Positions 1 through 13,930 of a DNA stretch of 64,000 bases are shown piece by piece. The stretch is from Eledone cirrhosa. Lineage: Eukaryota. Every line of letters starts with the position of its first letter. Position 1 is the stretch's first letter. Both the position numbers and the translations under genes were made by a program. The notes under the pieces were generated by a model. The model saw only the letters and a list, made by a program, of their open reading frames with translations. It made no database searches and was not told where the DNA came from. The stretch is taken from NCBI GenBank assembly GCA_964016885.1, contig OZ024755.1:19220001-19284000 (forward strand), read 5' to 3'.

Positions 1-1322
1 CCTGCTCGTAAAAGTTTGCTCGTGCCTTTGCCACAGCATCGGACAGGGTGCCCTTCAATATATGTTCCAAGTTTGTGCATTCTGATTTCAAATCTTGCTT
101 CTTGTCACTGGAAAAATAATGACATGATAGGACTGGGGCCCCTATCATTAAAACACATGAGATACCTCATAAAAGGCCAAGCAAAACATGCACAAGTGTG
201 GGCTATAACACCATACTTTAACTGGAACAAGACTGCACTAAATATTCTGCTATAATACTATGTGATACAGAGTGGATACAGAGTGGAGTTAGAGAATACG
301 GTCCAATTTTTTTCTGACTATAATGTTTCAGTAAGACCAGAAATTAAAATGCTAAACAATTGCATGTTACAAAATGTGTGGTAGATTCAATTTGCGTAAA
401 TCTAAATCTATAAGGCAGTTGGCAGTTGATCCAGAGCAGGAAATTGATTCTGTGGCTGTTTGGTGAGTGTGTACTTTTTGTTTGTTTGAATCAGATAAGA
501 GAAATAATGAATTTTATAGTTGTATATTTCAATGAATAGAACTAACTGCAGCTATGAATTACTCCACTAACATGTCTTTCAATTTAAGTATCTTGGTTTC
601 GTTGTCCAAATAATTAATGGCTGCGAGGAAAGTGCAGCCTGTTATAATAAAGAGAGTAATGTTGTTTTAGGTCGTATTTAATATATTTTGGTATATTACG
701 GAGAGATTGCGAACCAAACAAGTGTACACTAAAGGAGGTGAATTGGCAGAGGCATTAGAACATCAGATAATATGCTTTGCAGTATTCGTTTTGGCTCTCT
801 GAATTTATATCCTACCAAGGTCAACTTTGCCTTTCATCCATTCGAGGTTGATAAAAAAGTACCAGTCGAGTACTGGGGTCAATTCTTCCTCCATATCTCT
901 TTCTCACTTCCATTCTCTCACTCTATTCTTCTCTGGAAGAAATCTGCTGTCTTCAAACCTGGAGAGAAGATGGGCTCTGCCAAGTTAAAAAATATCCTAG
1001 AAATGCTGTATGTCAATACAGCTCCATCAAGAGTTACAGGACCATGTATGCATGAGTGTGTACTATAATGGACCTGATATATTGTTTGTAAACTGGTGCC
1101 ATATTTCCTAGGCTTTGATCACATTGGGGATCTTTAGAGTGCGTTATGTAAATGAATTTATATAATTTCTGTGTTGTTATGCATAACAGGTCCAATTTAT
1201 AAAGTGATAATAAATGAATTGAATAAATGAAACTCATCAAGTACATTCCATTAGCATTTTAACCGAATTCACAGAATTCGAAGAATGTAAAACTAAAGGG
1301 TATCTTATAAAAAGGATATATA

Positions 1323-1370
<48 letters not shown>

Positions 1371-2550
1371 GGAATATAATTTAATAAAATTTAATAAATA
1401 AACAAGTAAATATAAGACAGGAAATTCTTCTCTAAGTTATCTCACATATGTTGAATTTTACTGATTATATTGAAAATAAAATTTTTTGTCCAGTCTTCAT
1501 GAAGCCAAATAATTCCTAGACTATATTGTTGGCAAAATGCAGATAGGTGAAAAACAGTTAGAGTAAGTCCATATATCATGTCATGCTGACATCTAGGGAT
1601 GTGACCAAAGCTGATCTTTTGTTTGTCAATGACATTTGACTCATAGAAATTCTGTCTGTACATTCTTTCCTCTCCATTGCAAGTATAAGGATTATCTTTT
1701 AAATAAAATGTAATGCCATGTATAAAAGCTAAAAGTATCCAAGCAAAAAGAAAGAACACCTAAAAGATTTCCAGAAGAAAAAATATATATATATATATAT
1801 ACAAAAACATGGAAAGGAATTCAAAATATGCAATAAGGAATTAAGGTATATTTTTAAATGAACAATAAGAGAGTTTTGCTTCTATCTTCCAGTAAAAATG
1901 TTGATATATACATGGAAAGCAGAAAGTAAAGTGAAGTAAAAGTTATATGAATCGTTGGCAATTTAGTGCATTCAGATGATGGTTGTAGCATTCCTTATTA
2001 GATTTTATAAGATGATAAACTAAGATGGTAATTGACATGTCAGAACAAGTGACCAAAAACAATTGTACAGATGACACTGCTTTAGATTTAGGAAACTATA
2101 CAACCATAAAGGAAGCTCTTCAATCATCTCTTCATTGATTCATAGACAAATATATCAATTGACAAGGTCTGTGGTGTGTGGCCTAGTGGTTAGTGTGTTG
2201 GACTCAGGATCATATGATTGTGGGCCAGAGGATGTGTTGTATCTTTGAACAAAACACTTCATTTCACATTGCCTTTCATGACAAAACTGAGGCATCTATC
2301 ATTAAAACACCTGAGGAACCTCCTATGAGATGTACCCTGGTACAGCATAAGCTGTAAATTTGATTTTTATATTTTCAAATACATCAATTTTAGTGGGGTC
2401 TGTTTTTTCATAGTTTTTTTTTTTTTGTATCCCCATTAGTGAACTTTTATAAGGGCACTATTTAGGGAGGAGGTGGCAAACAGGTCAATTGCTCCACTTT
2501 GAATTAAGCCTTCTTAATGATAACAGAGGTTCTTATATGTTTATTTAGAC

Positions 2551-2850
2551 CAGTGCTACTCAAAGTGGTGGTCCGTGGACCGGTGCCGGTACGCGAGGCA
2601 TCAGCTGCCGGTACGCGGCCAGTGTCCAGGCCATGCTAAGGAATTTTTTTTATTACTTTTTTATAAGTTTTGATATTGTATTATTTGTTTACAAAATAAA
2701 TAAAAGATTAAAAAATGGTCAACTATTATTATATTCATTATATATATCGTTTCCGGTATAAATTAATATTACTACGAAATATTAGCGGTACGAGGCACAT
2801 TGAAAAAAAAAAATGCCGGTCCGCCACATCAGATAGTTTGAGAAGCACTG
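2551..2850. mobile_element. Non-autonomous hAT (Charlie-type) DNA transposon
   Basis: TIRs CAGTGCTACTCAAA/TTTGAGAAGCACTG and 8-bp TSD ATTTAGAC/ATCTAGAC (NTCTAGAN-type). Confidence 0.85.
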
Positions 2851-3324
2851 ATCTAGACCATCATTATCACCACCACCGCTGTTTTACATCTATTTTCCAT
2901 GCATGGGTTAGACAGGTTGTCATTTTCTGAAACTACACAGGTAAGATGATTGCATCTTGCTAATATGTTATAATATAGCAGAGTTTCTATGGCTTGATGC
3001 CCTTCCTAATGCCAACCACTTCATAATATGCACTGGTTTCATTTTCTTATAGTGCCAGCACGACCACCACCTGAAAAGGTGGACTGGGTGCTCTTTTCAT
3101 AGCACCAGGTTAAATTCATTTTGCAACTATGTGGTTCTCGGTCCTCTCCGCAATACTTTGAGCAAGTGCTTTCTACCATAACTTTATACTACCATTATTA
3201 TTTTGAGTGGAAAGGCAATGGCTTGGCAGTATCAGTAGAGCATCAGACAACATGTTTAACGGCATATAGTTACGGCCTTTTAGATTCTGAGTTTAAATCC
3301 ATTAGTGTGAGCTGGGTTCATCAT

Positions 3325-3660
3325 TCATCATTTCATTTTACGTCCCCTTTTCCCTGCTTGCCAGGGTGGGACGGGAACTGATTCTGGCTTGATTTCTACA
3401 GCTGGATGCCCTTCCTAACACCAACCTCATTTACAGTGAGTGCTGGGTGCTTTTTTGCCGTGGCACCTGCATGACCACTTTGCAGCGGAATGATAGGGAC
3501 CCCAGTCCCTATCATCTCATTTCTACAGCTGAGTAAACTGGAGCAATGTGAAATAAAGTGTCTTGCTCAAGGAAACAACACATCACCCAGTCTGAGAATT
3601 GAACTCACAACCTTTTGATTGCAAGGCCAATGCTCTAACCACTAAGCCATGTGCCTCCAT
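3325..3660 (-). mobile_element. tRNA-derived SINE family B (CORE-like plus V-domain-like, (GAT)n tail), representative copy
   Basis: Minus-strand head TGGCTTAGTGGTTAGAGC...GAGTTCAATTC, CCTTGAGCAAGACACTTTA, GTTAGGAAGGGCATCCAGCTGTAGAAA. Other copies near 2170, 2875, 14030, 22805, 25965, 28930, 29219, 39715, 42050, 43780, 47232-48580 and 54940. Confidence 0.75.
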
Positions 3661-3813
3661 GGGTGCATATTATATTTAATATACTTCATTTCTAAAAATC
3701 TTTAACCCTTTTGTTACAATATTTCTAAAGGAAAAATGATGCCTATGATTTTCAAATTTTGAAAATAATCAAGAATCTAGAGGGATTTAGTGATATAACT
3801 AACCTTCTCATTA

Positions 3814-4053
3814 TTAACCCTTTAACATTCAAACCGGTCATATCCGGCCAGAATTCTCTCACCTCTTTCTGTTCAAACTGGCCATAACAAGCTGCTCATA
3901 CTTATGTTAAGGTAGTATTCTCAAAATATATAATATCAAAATCTCATAGATTCGATATTATATGAGATAATTATGAGATAATTATGTGAAATAAAGTGTT
4001 TACCATGAAAATACAATAGTGAATATAGAGTAATGTAAATGCTAAAGGGTTAA
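3814..4053. mobile_element. piggyBac-type MITE (about 240 bp), multi-copy family
   Basis: TTAA-CCCTTTA...TAAAGGG-TTAA ends. Related copies at about 15082-15519, 15702-15936, 19690-19920, 33918-34140, 49292-49498 and 49567-49793. Confidence 0.75.
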
Positions 4054-4254
4054 GCTGATGTTTGAAATTTGCAGGATTTGAACTCAAAAAGCTGGAACAA
4101 ATACTGCAAAGCATTCTATTGGATGTTCTAGCAAATCTGCCAATTCTCTGCCTATAAGTTATTATAGTAACACATGAAATATAAATAGAGTACATAGGTC
4201 ACACAAAAAAAGGGGACAGACATTATAAATGTAAAATCTACTAAAAGACAACTA

Positions 4255-5420
4255 GGGAAGGGGAGGTGGAGGGGAGGGAGAGAGGGATGGGTGGATAGAA
4301 AGGGAGAGGGGGGGGGGGCTAGATCTGAGGAGGGAGGGGGGGTGAGAAGATATATTGAATGTAAGGGAGAGGCAAAAGATGATGAGAGACTTAATTCAAG
4401 GAAAGAGAGAAATAAAGACTGATAGAGAAAGGAAGTGAGAGAGAAAGTATTATGAAATAGAGAGGGTAACTATAAAGAGAGAAAGAGAGAGGGGGGGGGG
4501 AGAAAGTGACAGACAATATTATGAAATAGAGAGAGGGAGAGAAAGAGAGACTTAATGAAAGAGAGGCATAATGGGAGAACTTAATGAAAGGGAGAGACAG
4601 ACAATGAAATAATGTCTAATTAATTGATTGGAAGTTTTGTGAGGTTTTTTTATGTTGAACATTTAACTAGACTGAGGGAGGGGGGGGAGCAGAGGTGACA
4701 AAAAGTCTGAATAAACAGTGTCTATGAATAATATGTAGGGGGGGGGGGGGTCTGGTGAACAGACAGGAGAGAAAAAAATGAAAAACAGACAGAGAGAGAG
4801 AGATGAGGAGGGTGAAGAGAGAGAGAAAAGAGAAAAGGAAAGACAGTGAGAACAGGAGAGAGAAAATGAGAAAGGGAGAGACAGTGAGAAATAGAGAGAA
4901 AAAAAGAGAAAGAAAGAGAGTGAGAGAGAGAGAGAAAAAAAAGAGAAAGGGAGAGACAGTGAGAAGAGAAAGGGAGAAACAGTGAGAAAGAGAGATAAAA
5001 AAGAGAAAGGGAGAGACTGTGAGAGAGAGAGAGAAGAGAAATGGAGAGACACTGAGAAAAAAGAGAAAGGAAGAGACAGTGAGAAAGAAAGAAAGAGGAA
5101 AAAAGAGAAAGGGAGAGACAGTGAGAGAGAGAAAGAGAAAAAAAAGAGAAAGGGAGAGACAGTGAGAGAAGAGAAAAAAAGAGAAAGGGAGAGACAGTGA
5201 GAGCAAAGAAAAGAGAAAGGGAGAGGTGAGGAAGGGTGGAGAAAGAGAAAAAGAAAGAGGGGAGGGGTGGAGAAAGAAAGAAAAAGAAAGAAAGGTGGGG
5301 TGGGGTGCAGAGAAAAGTATATAAGATATTTAAAATAAATAAAAAATAGTATAAATACAGAGAGAGAGAGAGGGGGTAAAAAAAGGGAAAGTGAAGTGAA
5401 CAAGAGAGATAGGAGATATA
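4255..5420. repeat. Polypurine (GA-rich) low-complexity region with degenerate ~35-bp repeat
   Basis: Recurrent AAAGAGAAAGGGAGAGACAGTGAGA units at about 4820-5220 and several G runs. Confidence 0.85.
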
Positions 5421-6109
5421 TGGTGCAGGATAAAGAAAGAGGCTAATTGCTGTATGATTCATAAATTAAATAAAGGAGTGAACGAAAGAAACACTACGAG
5501 GTCGACCGACTTGCAGAAATGAATTTAAAGTTTAACGGTTAAATATTTCAATATTTATACGAGGAGTTTAAATTCAAATCTATCAAAGATTGACGTTGCT
5601 TTTGCTTTTTCTCCGAGTGCTGAGTAAATGCAGACCTTGGAAACCCAACCTTCCATAAATCACACCCGTCAACTCTCTCCCAGTCCGACGGGGAGATCTC
5701 CCACCCACTTTAGGGTGGGTGAGAGATGTCTTCTCTTGTGAAAATGGGTATAACTTTCGTGGATGGGCAGTATCGGTAAAGGGCCGGACGCCATGCTTAG
5801 CCGCATAGAGTTACAACCCTTTACGATCTGAGTTCAAATCCCGCCGAGGTTAACTTTACCTTTCATCCTTACGGGATCGAGTGGATTGGCAGTATCGGTA
5901 GAGGGTCGGAGGCCATGCTTAGCAGCATAGAGTTACGGCCCTTTATGGCCCGAGTTCAAATCCTGCCAAGGTTAACTTTCCCTTTGATCCTTACGGGGTC
6001 GATAAAATAAAGTACCAGTAATACACTGGGATAATTGCTGGCCTTGTGCCAAAAGTAGAAACAATCATTATTGATATTTCTCGCTGTCTTCCTTTAGAGA
6101 GGAAGATCA

Positions 6110-6560
6110 GGCAGTTATCTAATCGGTGGCCATAACGAAAGAGGGCGCTTGAAAGGGTGGAAGACACGCACTTTCCTCTTCGATGAAGCCCTGATAACTT
6201 TTTCAGGTTTCACTTGAAGAGAAAAATCAGGGTGGAGAGAGAAGTGCTGCCTTTCCAACCAGTTTCTTGAAAAGTTGGTGAGAGAGGTGAGGATGGCCCA
6301 AGTGGACGGCTTGCTCTGAGTAAGGGCCTGAAAATTGGAGGAGGACAACTGACAAAGAGTACTTGCCCTACTGGACAGGGTGACCGTGGCTTTTTGTGGG
6401 CTTTTTTCACGAGTGACCCTTGATGGTTTTCCTATTTTGCGGAATTTGTTATATTTTGAGTTTTTAAATGTTTATTTTTTAGTTTTTGTCTCGCACAAAA
6501 AATTATCACTGTACCGTCTTTATTGTTCTCTTAATGTAAGCCTGTGTGGCTAATAAAGAA
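6110..6560 (+). mobile_element. L1/Tx1-like LINE 3' fragment
   Basis: Reads ...RLKGWKTRTFLFDEALITFSGFT / HLKRKIRVEREVLPFQP (frameshifted), then a T-rich 3' UTR and AATAAA. Homologous minus-strand copy at 32930-33400. Confidence 0.55.
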
Positions 6561-6724
6561 ACCATTGCCGTCCTTCGGGGAAACGCCTTCTCTATCCTGT
6601 CCGACGGGACTGTGGGGAGGCCACTAATATGATTGACTGACTTGTCATTTTATCAGTCAGATGTTTATTTCGTATTGTTACGTTTTCGTCTACTAACACA
6701 AAACATGAAAAATGTAAAATAATA

Positions 6725-6772
<48 letters not shown>

Positions 6773-6987
6773 CACCATTACCGATAACAATTGTTTCACC
6801 TTAACCAATTGTTTTCGGTAATGGTAAATTAACTGTTGTGGAACCACCTCTACCAGACTTGTCCCATGGACTGAGTGTTCTACTACTGTGGATATAACCC
6901 ACTAGTGTTATACTATATTGTGTGTGTTAGATAATTCCGAAGAAAAAGCAAAGAAAAAAAGAGTGCTCTATGTATAGAACAGAGCTA

Positions 6988-7178
6988 TTTAATTAGAAAG
7001 TGAACAACACAATATATAACTACTCCATTACCAAATGTTTCTGGGTCCTAGACAATATTAATATACGTCTGGATCGTTCATCAGGCAGATGAACTATCCG
7101 GACATAATTTATATTGTCTAGGATCCAGAAACCGTTGGTAATGGAGTAGTTATATATTGTGTTGTTCACTTTTTAATT
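6988..7178. mobile_element. Fold-back element with degenerate hammerhead-like arms (Penelope pseudo-LTR-like)
   Basis: Inverted arms of about 95 bp meeting near 7085. Each arm has C(T/A)GATGA...GAAAC..TTGGTA. Related to 56730-56835 and followed by (TA)n. Confidence 0.6.
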
Positions 7179-9039
7179 TTATATATATATAAGCTTCGCC
7201 GTAACAATGACTAAATATTTGTTTCTACTTTAGGCACAAGGCCAGCAATTACCCAGTGTATTACTGGTACTTTATTTTATCGACCCCGTAAGGATGAAAG
7301 GCAAAGTCAACCTCGGCGAGATTTGAACTCATGACTAAATAATATAGTCTAATAATGGGGCGTATAAACCAACTGAACGTAAAAAGCTGGATATCAGCAC
7401 ACATTATTTATCACTTATTTTTTATGTTTTAGATTTTGAAAGAAAAGGTTTACAAATTGGAATCCAAGAAGACCGAAATACTGACTAGAGAATTAGACCT
7501 AGATTATATAACGTAGTTGGTATTAAAATTAAATTAAAATATAATTGAAAAAGAAACTCGAAACGAAAGTTGATCGCGAAAAAAATTTTGTAAACTGTAA
7601 ACATTTGAAAACTGAATATAAAATATAAAATAAATGTTTTGTTTTATCCAATTTTATTTTTCTCAAATATAATTCTAGGTTTTTCCTTATGAACAAGGCC
7701 AACGATTTTGGGGGAGGGGCAAGTTAACGGTAATACTACTGTAGTAAAATTATATATTTTTTACTGTAAAATATACCAAAAGTTTATTATAATATTACAA
7801 ATATATAAGATTAAATAGAAGTACCTCCATATATATAATTAATTAATTATTGCAAGAAACCTTATATATATATATAACCAAAGCGAAACAGGTTATTCCT
7901 GATGTCATATAGTAAATATATAAGATTAAATAGAAGTACCTACATATATATAATCAAATAATTATTGCTAGAAACCTTATACATAATCAAAGCGAAACAG
8001 ATTCTTGCGTATGTCATATTAAATGTAATAATAATGTAGTAAAATTATATCATTTCTTGAACCTTATTAGTTTCTGAGAAGGATAAATGATAATTAAGTG
8101 GAGTTTATACTTTTCCGAAAGGATTTTTAATGAAATATAAATTTATAAATAGAAGTTAAACTTCATAACATGGACATATATAGCTAGGACTATATAAATT
8201 GAAAGTAGCTGATGTTCCGTTTTCGTTATATCTCTTCACGTAAATAATAACTTAACATTTCAGACAAAGATCAACAAGTATTGTAGAGGAAAGGTTTCGA
8301 AGTGTTTGTTTACATTATATATATCCATTCTTCTCATTTATTATTATTATTATTATTGATCTGATAGGACTTTCATCCTTACGGGGTCGATAAAATAAAG
8401 TACCAGTAATGCACTGGGTAATTGCTGGCATTGTGCCAAAAGTAGAAACAGTTATTATTGATCTGAGATCAAATCCTGCCGAGGTTAAACCTGCCTTTCA
8501 TCCTTACGAGGTCGATAAAATAAAGTACCAGTAATACACTGGTGTAATTGCTGGCCTTGTGCCAAAAGTAGAAACAATTATTATTATTATATATATAAAA
8601 AATAAATCAGGATGGATTCGATTTGAAACTGGTTGCGCCGTTACTCAACAGAGTACTCGATTCTTGGGGTAGTAGAGTGTGGTTACGGTTATATTATTTA
8701 ATGAGTCGGGACACCGACCGCTGAGCTCTTGCCGTTTCAACAGCTAGTTCAATACTGGGACTAGCTGTTGAAACGGAAAGAGCTCAAACCTGAAGTGCCC
8801 CGGGACCCACAAGGTCTAAATCCAACCCTGTTTATATGTATATCGAATTTTAGACTAACTGGAAAAAATACATATCTATAAAGATATATATGATAAATAA
8901 TAATTTTCGAGGTGTAGAAACCATTCTACGAATGTGAAATTGAATAAGTGTACAGCAAATAAGTATATTCATATTATTTTAATAAAAACTGCTAATAAAT
9001 GCGAGAGAAAAATCCAAAAAAACATTTAATTGTTCTTAC

Positions 9040-9215
9040 CTTTAAAATATTATCCGTTTCAATTTTGCGCCATTTGCTGTGAATGGTGACTTATCAGACA
9101 ATTGACCTTTGACCCGGTAATTTTACCACCTGTTGTTAAATAAAGGTAATCTACTTTTCGCACAGATTTCAGGTTTTCATAACAAATGCTGAAAGTTACA
9201 TCCTAACTGATTGGA
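9040..9215. promoter_or_regulatory. Candidate promoter/first-exon region, possibly bidirectional
   Basis: Minus-strand donor AAG|gtaaga at 9039, YY1-like AAATGGCG (9068-9075, minus), perfect DR1 TGACCTTTGACCC (9103-9115), plus-strand AAAG|gtaatc at 9146, ATTGG at 9210, all in non-repetitive sequence. Confidence 0.35.
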
Positions 9216-11159
9216 AATTTCTCATAATAAAAAATAATTTATTATTATTTTTTTAGTACTAAATTATTAGTAAGTGTTGACTAATCCGTAAATGAATGTT
9301 TTCACGTAATCAAATGACTGAAAATATTATTTTTCGTAACTAAATTAACAATAGTTGGAGTAAAGATTATTTATCGGCAATAATGATAATAATATTTATA
9401 TATTTAAATCTGTAGTTTAAGCTAGAAGAATTAACAATTTCAAAGACACAAATATAACATTTAATAGCCTTTATTGGGGTGAGGTGGGGTATTTTCTTTG
9501 GCAATATCATTAAAAGTAAATATAAAAAAATAAATGAAAGTAATGTTTCTACTTTTGGCACAAGGACAGCAATTATCCCAGCGCATTACTGGTGCTTTAT
9601 TTTATCGACCGCATAAGGATGAAAAGCAAAGCTTAACCTCGGCGGGATTTGAACTCAGAACGTAAAGTAACTCTACGCTGCAAAACATGGCGTCTGACGC
9701 TCTACCGATACTGCCAAAATAAATAAAAGAAAACGTGCATTATTTTTCCATTCTGAATTCAAATCCTGCCGAGGTTGACTTTGCCTTTCATCCTTACGGG
9801 GTCGATAAAATAAAGTACCAGTAATGCACTGGGTAATTGCTGGCCTTGTGCCTAAAGTAGAAACAATTATTATTATTATTATTATTATTAGTTTTCTTCT
9901 TTTTGTATTAACTACAAAACTTAGTGTAGTGTTCTTAGATAACAGACCACTATCCTTCTAGCTGCATTTTCCTAAACATGTTGGCACCAGGAAACATCTG
10001 GAATCCTGCACCAGACTAAAAATTCCTCCTACTTCTACTATAACAGCATAGTTGTATTTACAGCTTCGGTATTGATTTTTCCATTCTGAGTTCAAATCCC
10101 GCCGAGGTTGACTTTGCCTTTCATCCTTACGGGGTCAATAAAATAAAGTACCAGTAATGCAAAAGTAGAAACAATTATTTTTCAATCGTTTTTTTTTTTT
10201 ATTTTGAAAAGCGTTAGTTGTACATCTTAACGCTAGTTTCTATTTCTAGCATATTTCCAATATATTTAATGTCCATATTTACATACAACTGAAGTAAGTA
10301 TGTTTATTTCTTTTAATAAACCATTTATTTATTTCACAAAAGAAACGTCCCTGCTGGAAGAAGACAAATTGGATAATCAGAATAACGAGAAAACTGATAA
10401 ATCATGTGTACGAGGAATGTGGTGGGATTGTAGTTATTCTAACAGAAATGGTGGACTTTGTTTATCAGAGACGCACAGGGCTTGTTTGTAGTAAGAATAC
10501 ATGAAATAAACTTTTTCTAATCTGGGGAAAACTCTATAGACGTAGTTGATTGCTTATGTTACTTAGATGACATAAATATGACTTTGGTGTATATGAACAA
10601 TTGTTATTGTTTAATGAACACAACCACAAGGATATGGTCTGAACGTGTAAGAGCCGAACTCCCACTGTCATCGCCTTCATCTCTCTTGCCCTCCCTATCT
10701 CTCTGTAAGGTGAGCAAATAGGGTCCCACGTGCTGGCCTCCTCACAGCGCCGATGGACAGAATGGAGAAGGCATTTCCCAGGAGGATGGTGGATGGTAAG
10801 TGTGATGCGCTGGAAGAGCCATTCCAACTCACGAAGCTCATACCTGCAGCTGGCCAGCTCAGCACCTATGGCGGTGAGTAGGGAGGTAGACCTGTGGAGG
10901 TTATTCTGAAAGTATAGTAGAAAAATAAGAACAGAATGGGCAAAAGTTCAGGGAGCTACTGCCTCTGTTGGTGACAAATGGTTCCTCTCTCTCTCTCTCT
11001 CTCTCTCTCTGAACGAATTGGAAGACTATGATGCCTATATGTGAAATATAATGTGGCATGGCAGAGAATCATTTGAGGAAGATATGTGAAGGCTGGAAAT
11101 AAATAAATTCGGCATGTGATTGTGTATGAACAGCAAAGCATAAATGAGCTGAGAGAATA

Positions 11160-11190
<31 letters not shown>

Positions 11191-11809
11191 ATATATATAT
11201 ATTTTTTTGCAGACATTTGTCCTCATTTTTTTGTGTAAATGCATTTCTCATTGTGTCCTATCAGATTTTAGGCTTCTGTGTCATGGTTGGTTCATTTTTT
11301 TTTTTTTACTAGCTTCTTAAGTAATGAAAAATTACTTCTTCTTGAAAAACTATTTTATTTTTAAACCAAATATCTTACTCCCGTTCTCTCACTCATTGTA
11401 AATATATTTTTTTCAAAATTTAACTTCTTTCTTTTACTACGTGATACAATCCAGATGCTACTGTCACTGTCTTCTTTGGTGGCAAAATGAAGCAACTTTT
11501 CTATGACACCCAAATAATTGTTTCTACTTTTGGCACAAGGCCAGCAATTACCCAGTGCATTACTGGTACTTTATTTTATCGACCCCGTAAGGATGAAAGG
11601 CAAAGTTAACCTCGGCGGGATTTGAACTCAGAATGGCAAGGGCCGTAACTATGCGTCAAAGCATGGTGTCCGACCCTCTACCGATACTGCCAATCCACCC
11701 CAAATAATGTAGTAACATCATCATCATCATCATCACCACCATTTAATGACCATTATTCACAATAGCATGGGTTAGACAGATACTCAGGAATGAGAAGGAG
11801 GAGAAGAAA

Positions 11810-11840
<31 letters not shown>

Positions 11841-13787
11841 GGAAAAGGAAAAAGATAAAGAAAAAGAAGATTGACCATAAGAGGGGAAAAAAGCCAAATT
11901 ATCTCTAATAACTGCAGAACTAATGATAAATTATGAAAGAGCTCTAATATTCTGTGAAGTTAATGTTTGTGTTGTTTGTCTTGTGAAAACACAGAAAAGC
12001 ACTTATTGAAAATAAACTGGATAAACCAAAAAGCCATATTACTTGTAATATATAAAAAAAAAAAAAATTTTCAAAAACAATTGAATCAATAAAACTTGTT
12101 AAATAGCTGATATATTGATCAATTCAATAGAGGCAAGCAGTTATTTCAATATTATTGGTGATAACTAGTCATTTTTTAAAAGTGTTCTTGGTTAAAGGAC
12201 TTGTATGAACTTACTAGGATAGATAACTAATGATTACTTTCTATTGAATATATCTATCCACTGAAAGCTATATGATAGATGTAAGAAATTGTTAATATAG
12301 AACAAAGGATAAATAAAGCCTTGAAGTTATTATTGATAAGTATTTATAAAGGAATGTAATAAATGAATATGTCTGATACAGGAAATTTCAAAGACAACCA
12401 AAAGTAATTTACACATACGCACAAACAAACCCAACATAAAACAGCATAAAACCAGCAAAAGTACAAATCAAATTTTGATAAATTAATGAAGAGAGAAAGC
12501 TTGCGGGTGTTAATTTTAAGGAAATTTAATTAATTATTGTTAATAATATTAACTTAATGGCTTCTTGTTTTGTTTTAGATCAGAACTTCTCTAAGTGGGT
12601 GCTACCTCTCCCCAGGGGGCGTTGAGAAGGTACAGTCATTGATTAATGAAATAGTCTACATGTACGTTTTTTTTTAAATCCCTAAATGTGTCAGAACAGC
12701 CGAGAGATAAGATTTGTATAACTAACTTACTAGCTGCAGATTCACAGTAGACAGACAGGCATTAGTTTATAAACAATGTCAGTAGATAGAAATTTGAAGT
12801 GTACAGAAGGAAGTATGTCTTAATCTTACCATTTAGTACCAAATCTTAGAAAATTACAAAATCTCTGATATAATCATAGTACTTTATTTTACAAAAGCAA
12901 GATGGTTGGATAACATCCATCAACTTGGCTGATCTTGCTTTGGAATCCACTTGGAGACTGTCGCTTCTGACAGGACCTGCTGAAAGGAGTATTTGAAGAC
13001 TCTTCCTTCATGATCCTCTAAAGAATGCGTGGGTAGTGGCAGAGAAGATGAAGATGAAGATGGAGAAAGGAGTAATAGTAATAGTTCTAAGACTATCTGG
13101 TATTCATATTGACAGATTTGTTGTAGTTTTTTTTTTTTTTTTTTGTATTTTCAAGCATTGCAGATACTATTTTTTCCCTTATAATGCATCTTGAAATTTT
13201 ACTGTGCATCTTAGAGGACAAAGGTTACATTTCTCATAAAGTAATTTTAACCCAAGAAGATGAGGGTTATCTATGCTAGACAGTAATTTGAACTCCTGTA
13301 TTTGACCTCTGAATGAAGTATAAAAAGTATATAGAGTTAAGATAGCAAATAAACAAAAATATATCATTAAAAAATAGAAAAAAAATAGATAATCACAAAA
13401 ATCCCTTGCTTTATTGGAAGATGATGGCATATGAACCAACTGGCTATATGTTGTATATAAACTTTTTTTTTTTTCTGTTTTCACTCTCCACAAACAACCT
13501 TGATTTTAACCCTCTCATGACCGTACTTTTAATGATATACACACTATTTCAATTAGTTAATGAAGAATTTTGAGGAATTTACTAAATTTATCAATTATTT
13601 CATTACTAAGATTGTAACTTAAAGTATAGTTCTTATATAAAATTATGTTGGAAACTTTTAAAATGGGCAGTTTTGTTTCACAGTACAAGAGTTGGTTTGG
13701 GCCGGGTTAGAAACTAAAGAGTTAAGGAGGTATTATCAAGTGACAAACATAAAATTGCAGTATGTTAAAAAATGAAGATCAACTAAA

Positions 13788-13930
13788 TCTATATGTCACT
13801 AAGTCACTGACTATAAGTGGTTGGCAGAATCTATATGTCACTAAGTCACTGACTATAAGTGGTCAACAATATCTATATGTCACTAAGTCAATGACTATAA
13901 GTGGTCAACAATATCTATATGTCACTATGT
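13788..13930. repeat. 42-bp tandem repeat (about 3.4 copies)
   Basis: ATCTATATGTCACTAAGTCACTGACTATAAGTGGTCAACAAT units. Confidence 0.85.

Noticed and set aside
1-255. Possible coding exon at the window start
   Set aside because: The minus frame 1-107 is open but abuts SINE-B-like sequence (GATAGGACTGGGGCCCCTATC) and is truncated by the window, so it cannot be assigned.
1442-1759. 105-aa minus ORF with an upstream AG and hydrophobic start
   Set aside because: No recognisable homology, and no donor or partner exon established. Kept only as a weak candidate in the promoter finding.
4663-5462. Long ORFs of 179-246 aa rich in S/L/F
   Set aside because: Translations of the GA-rich low-complexity tract, open in several frames, with no domain.
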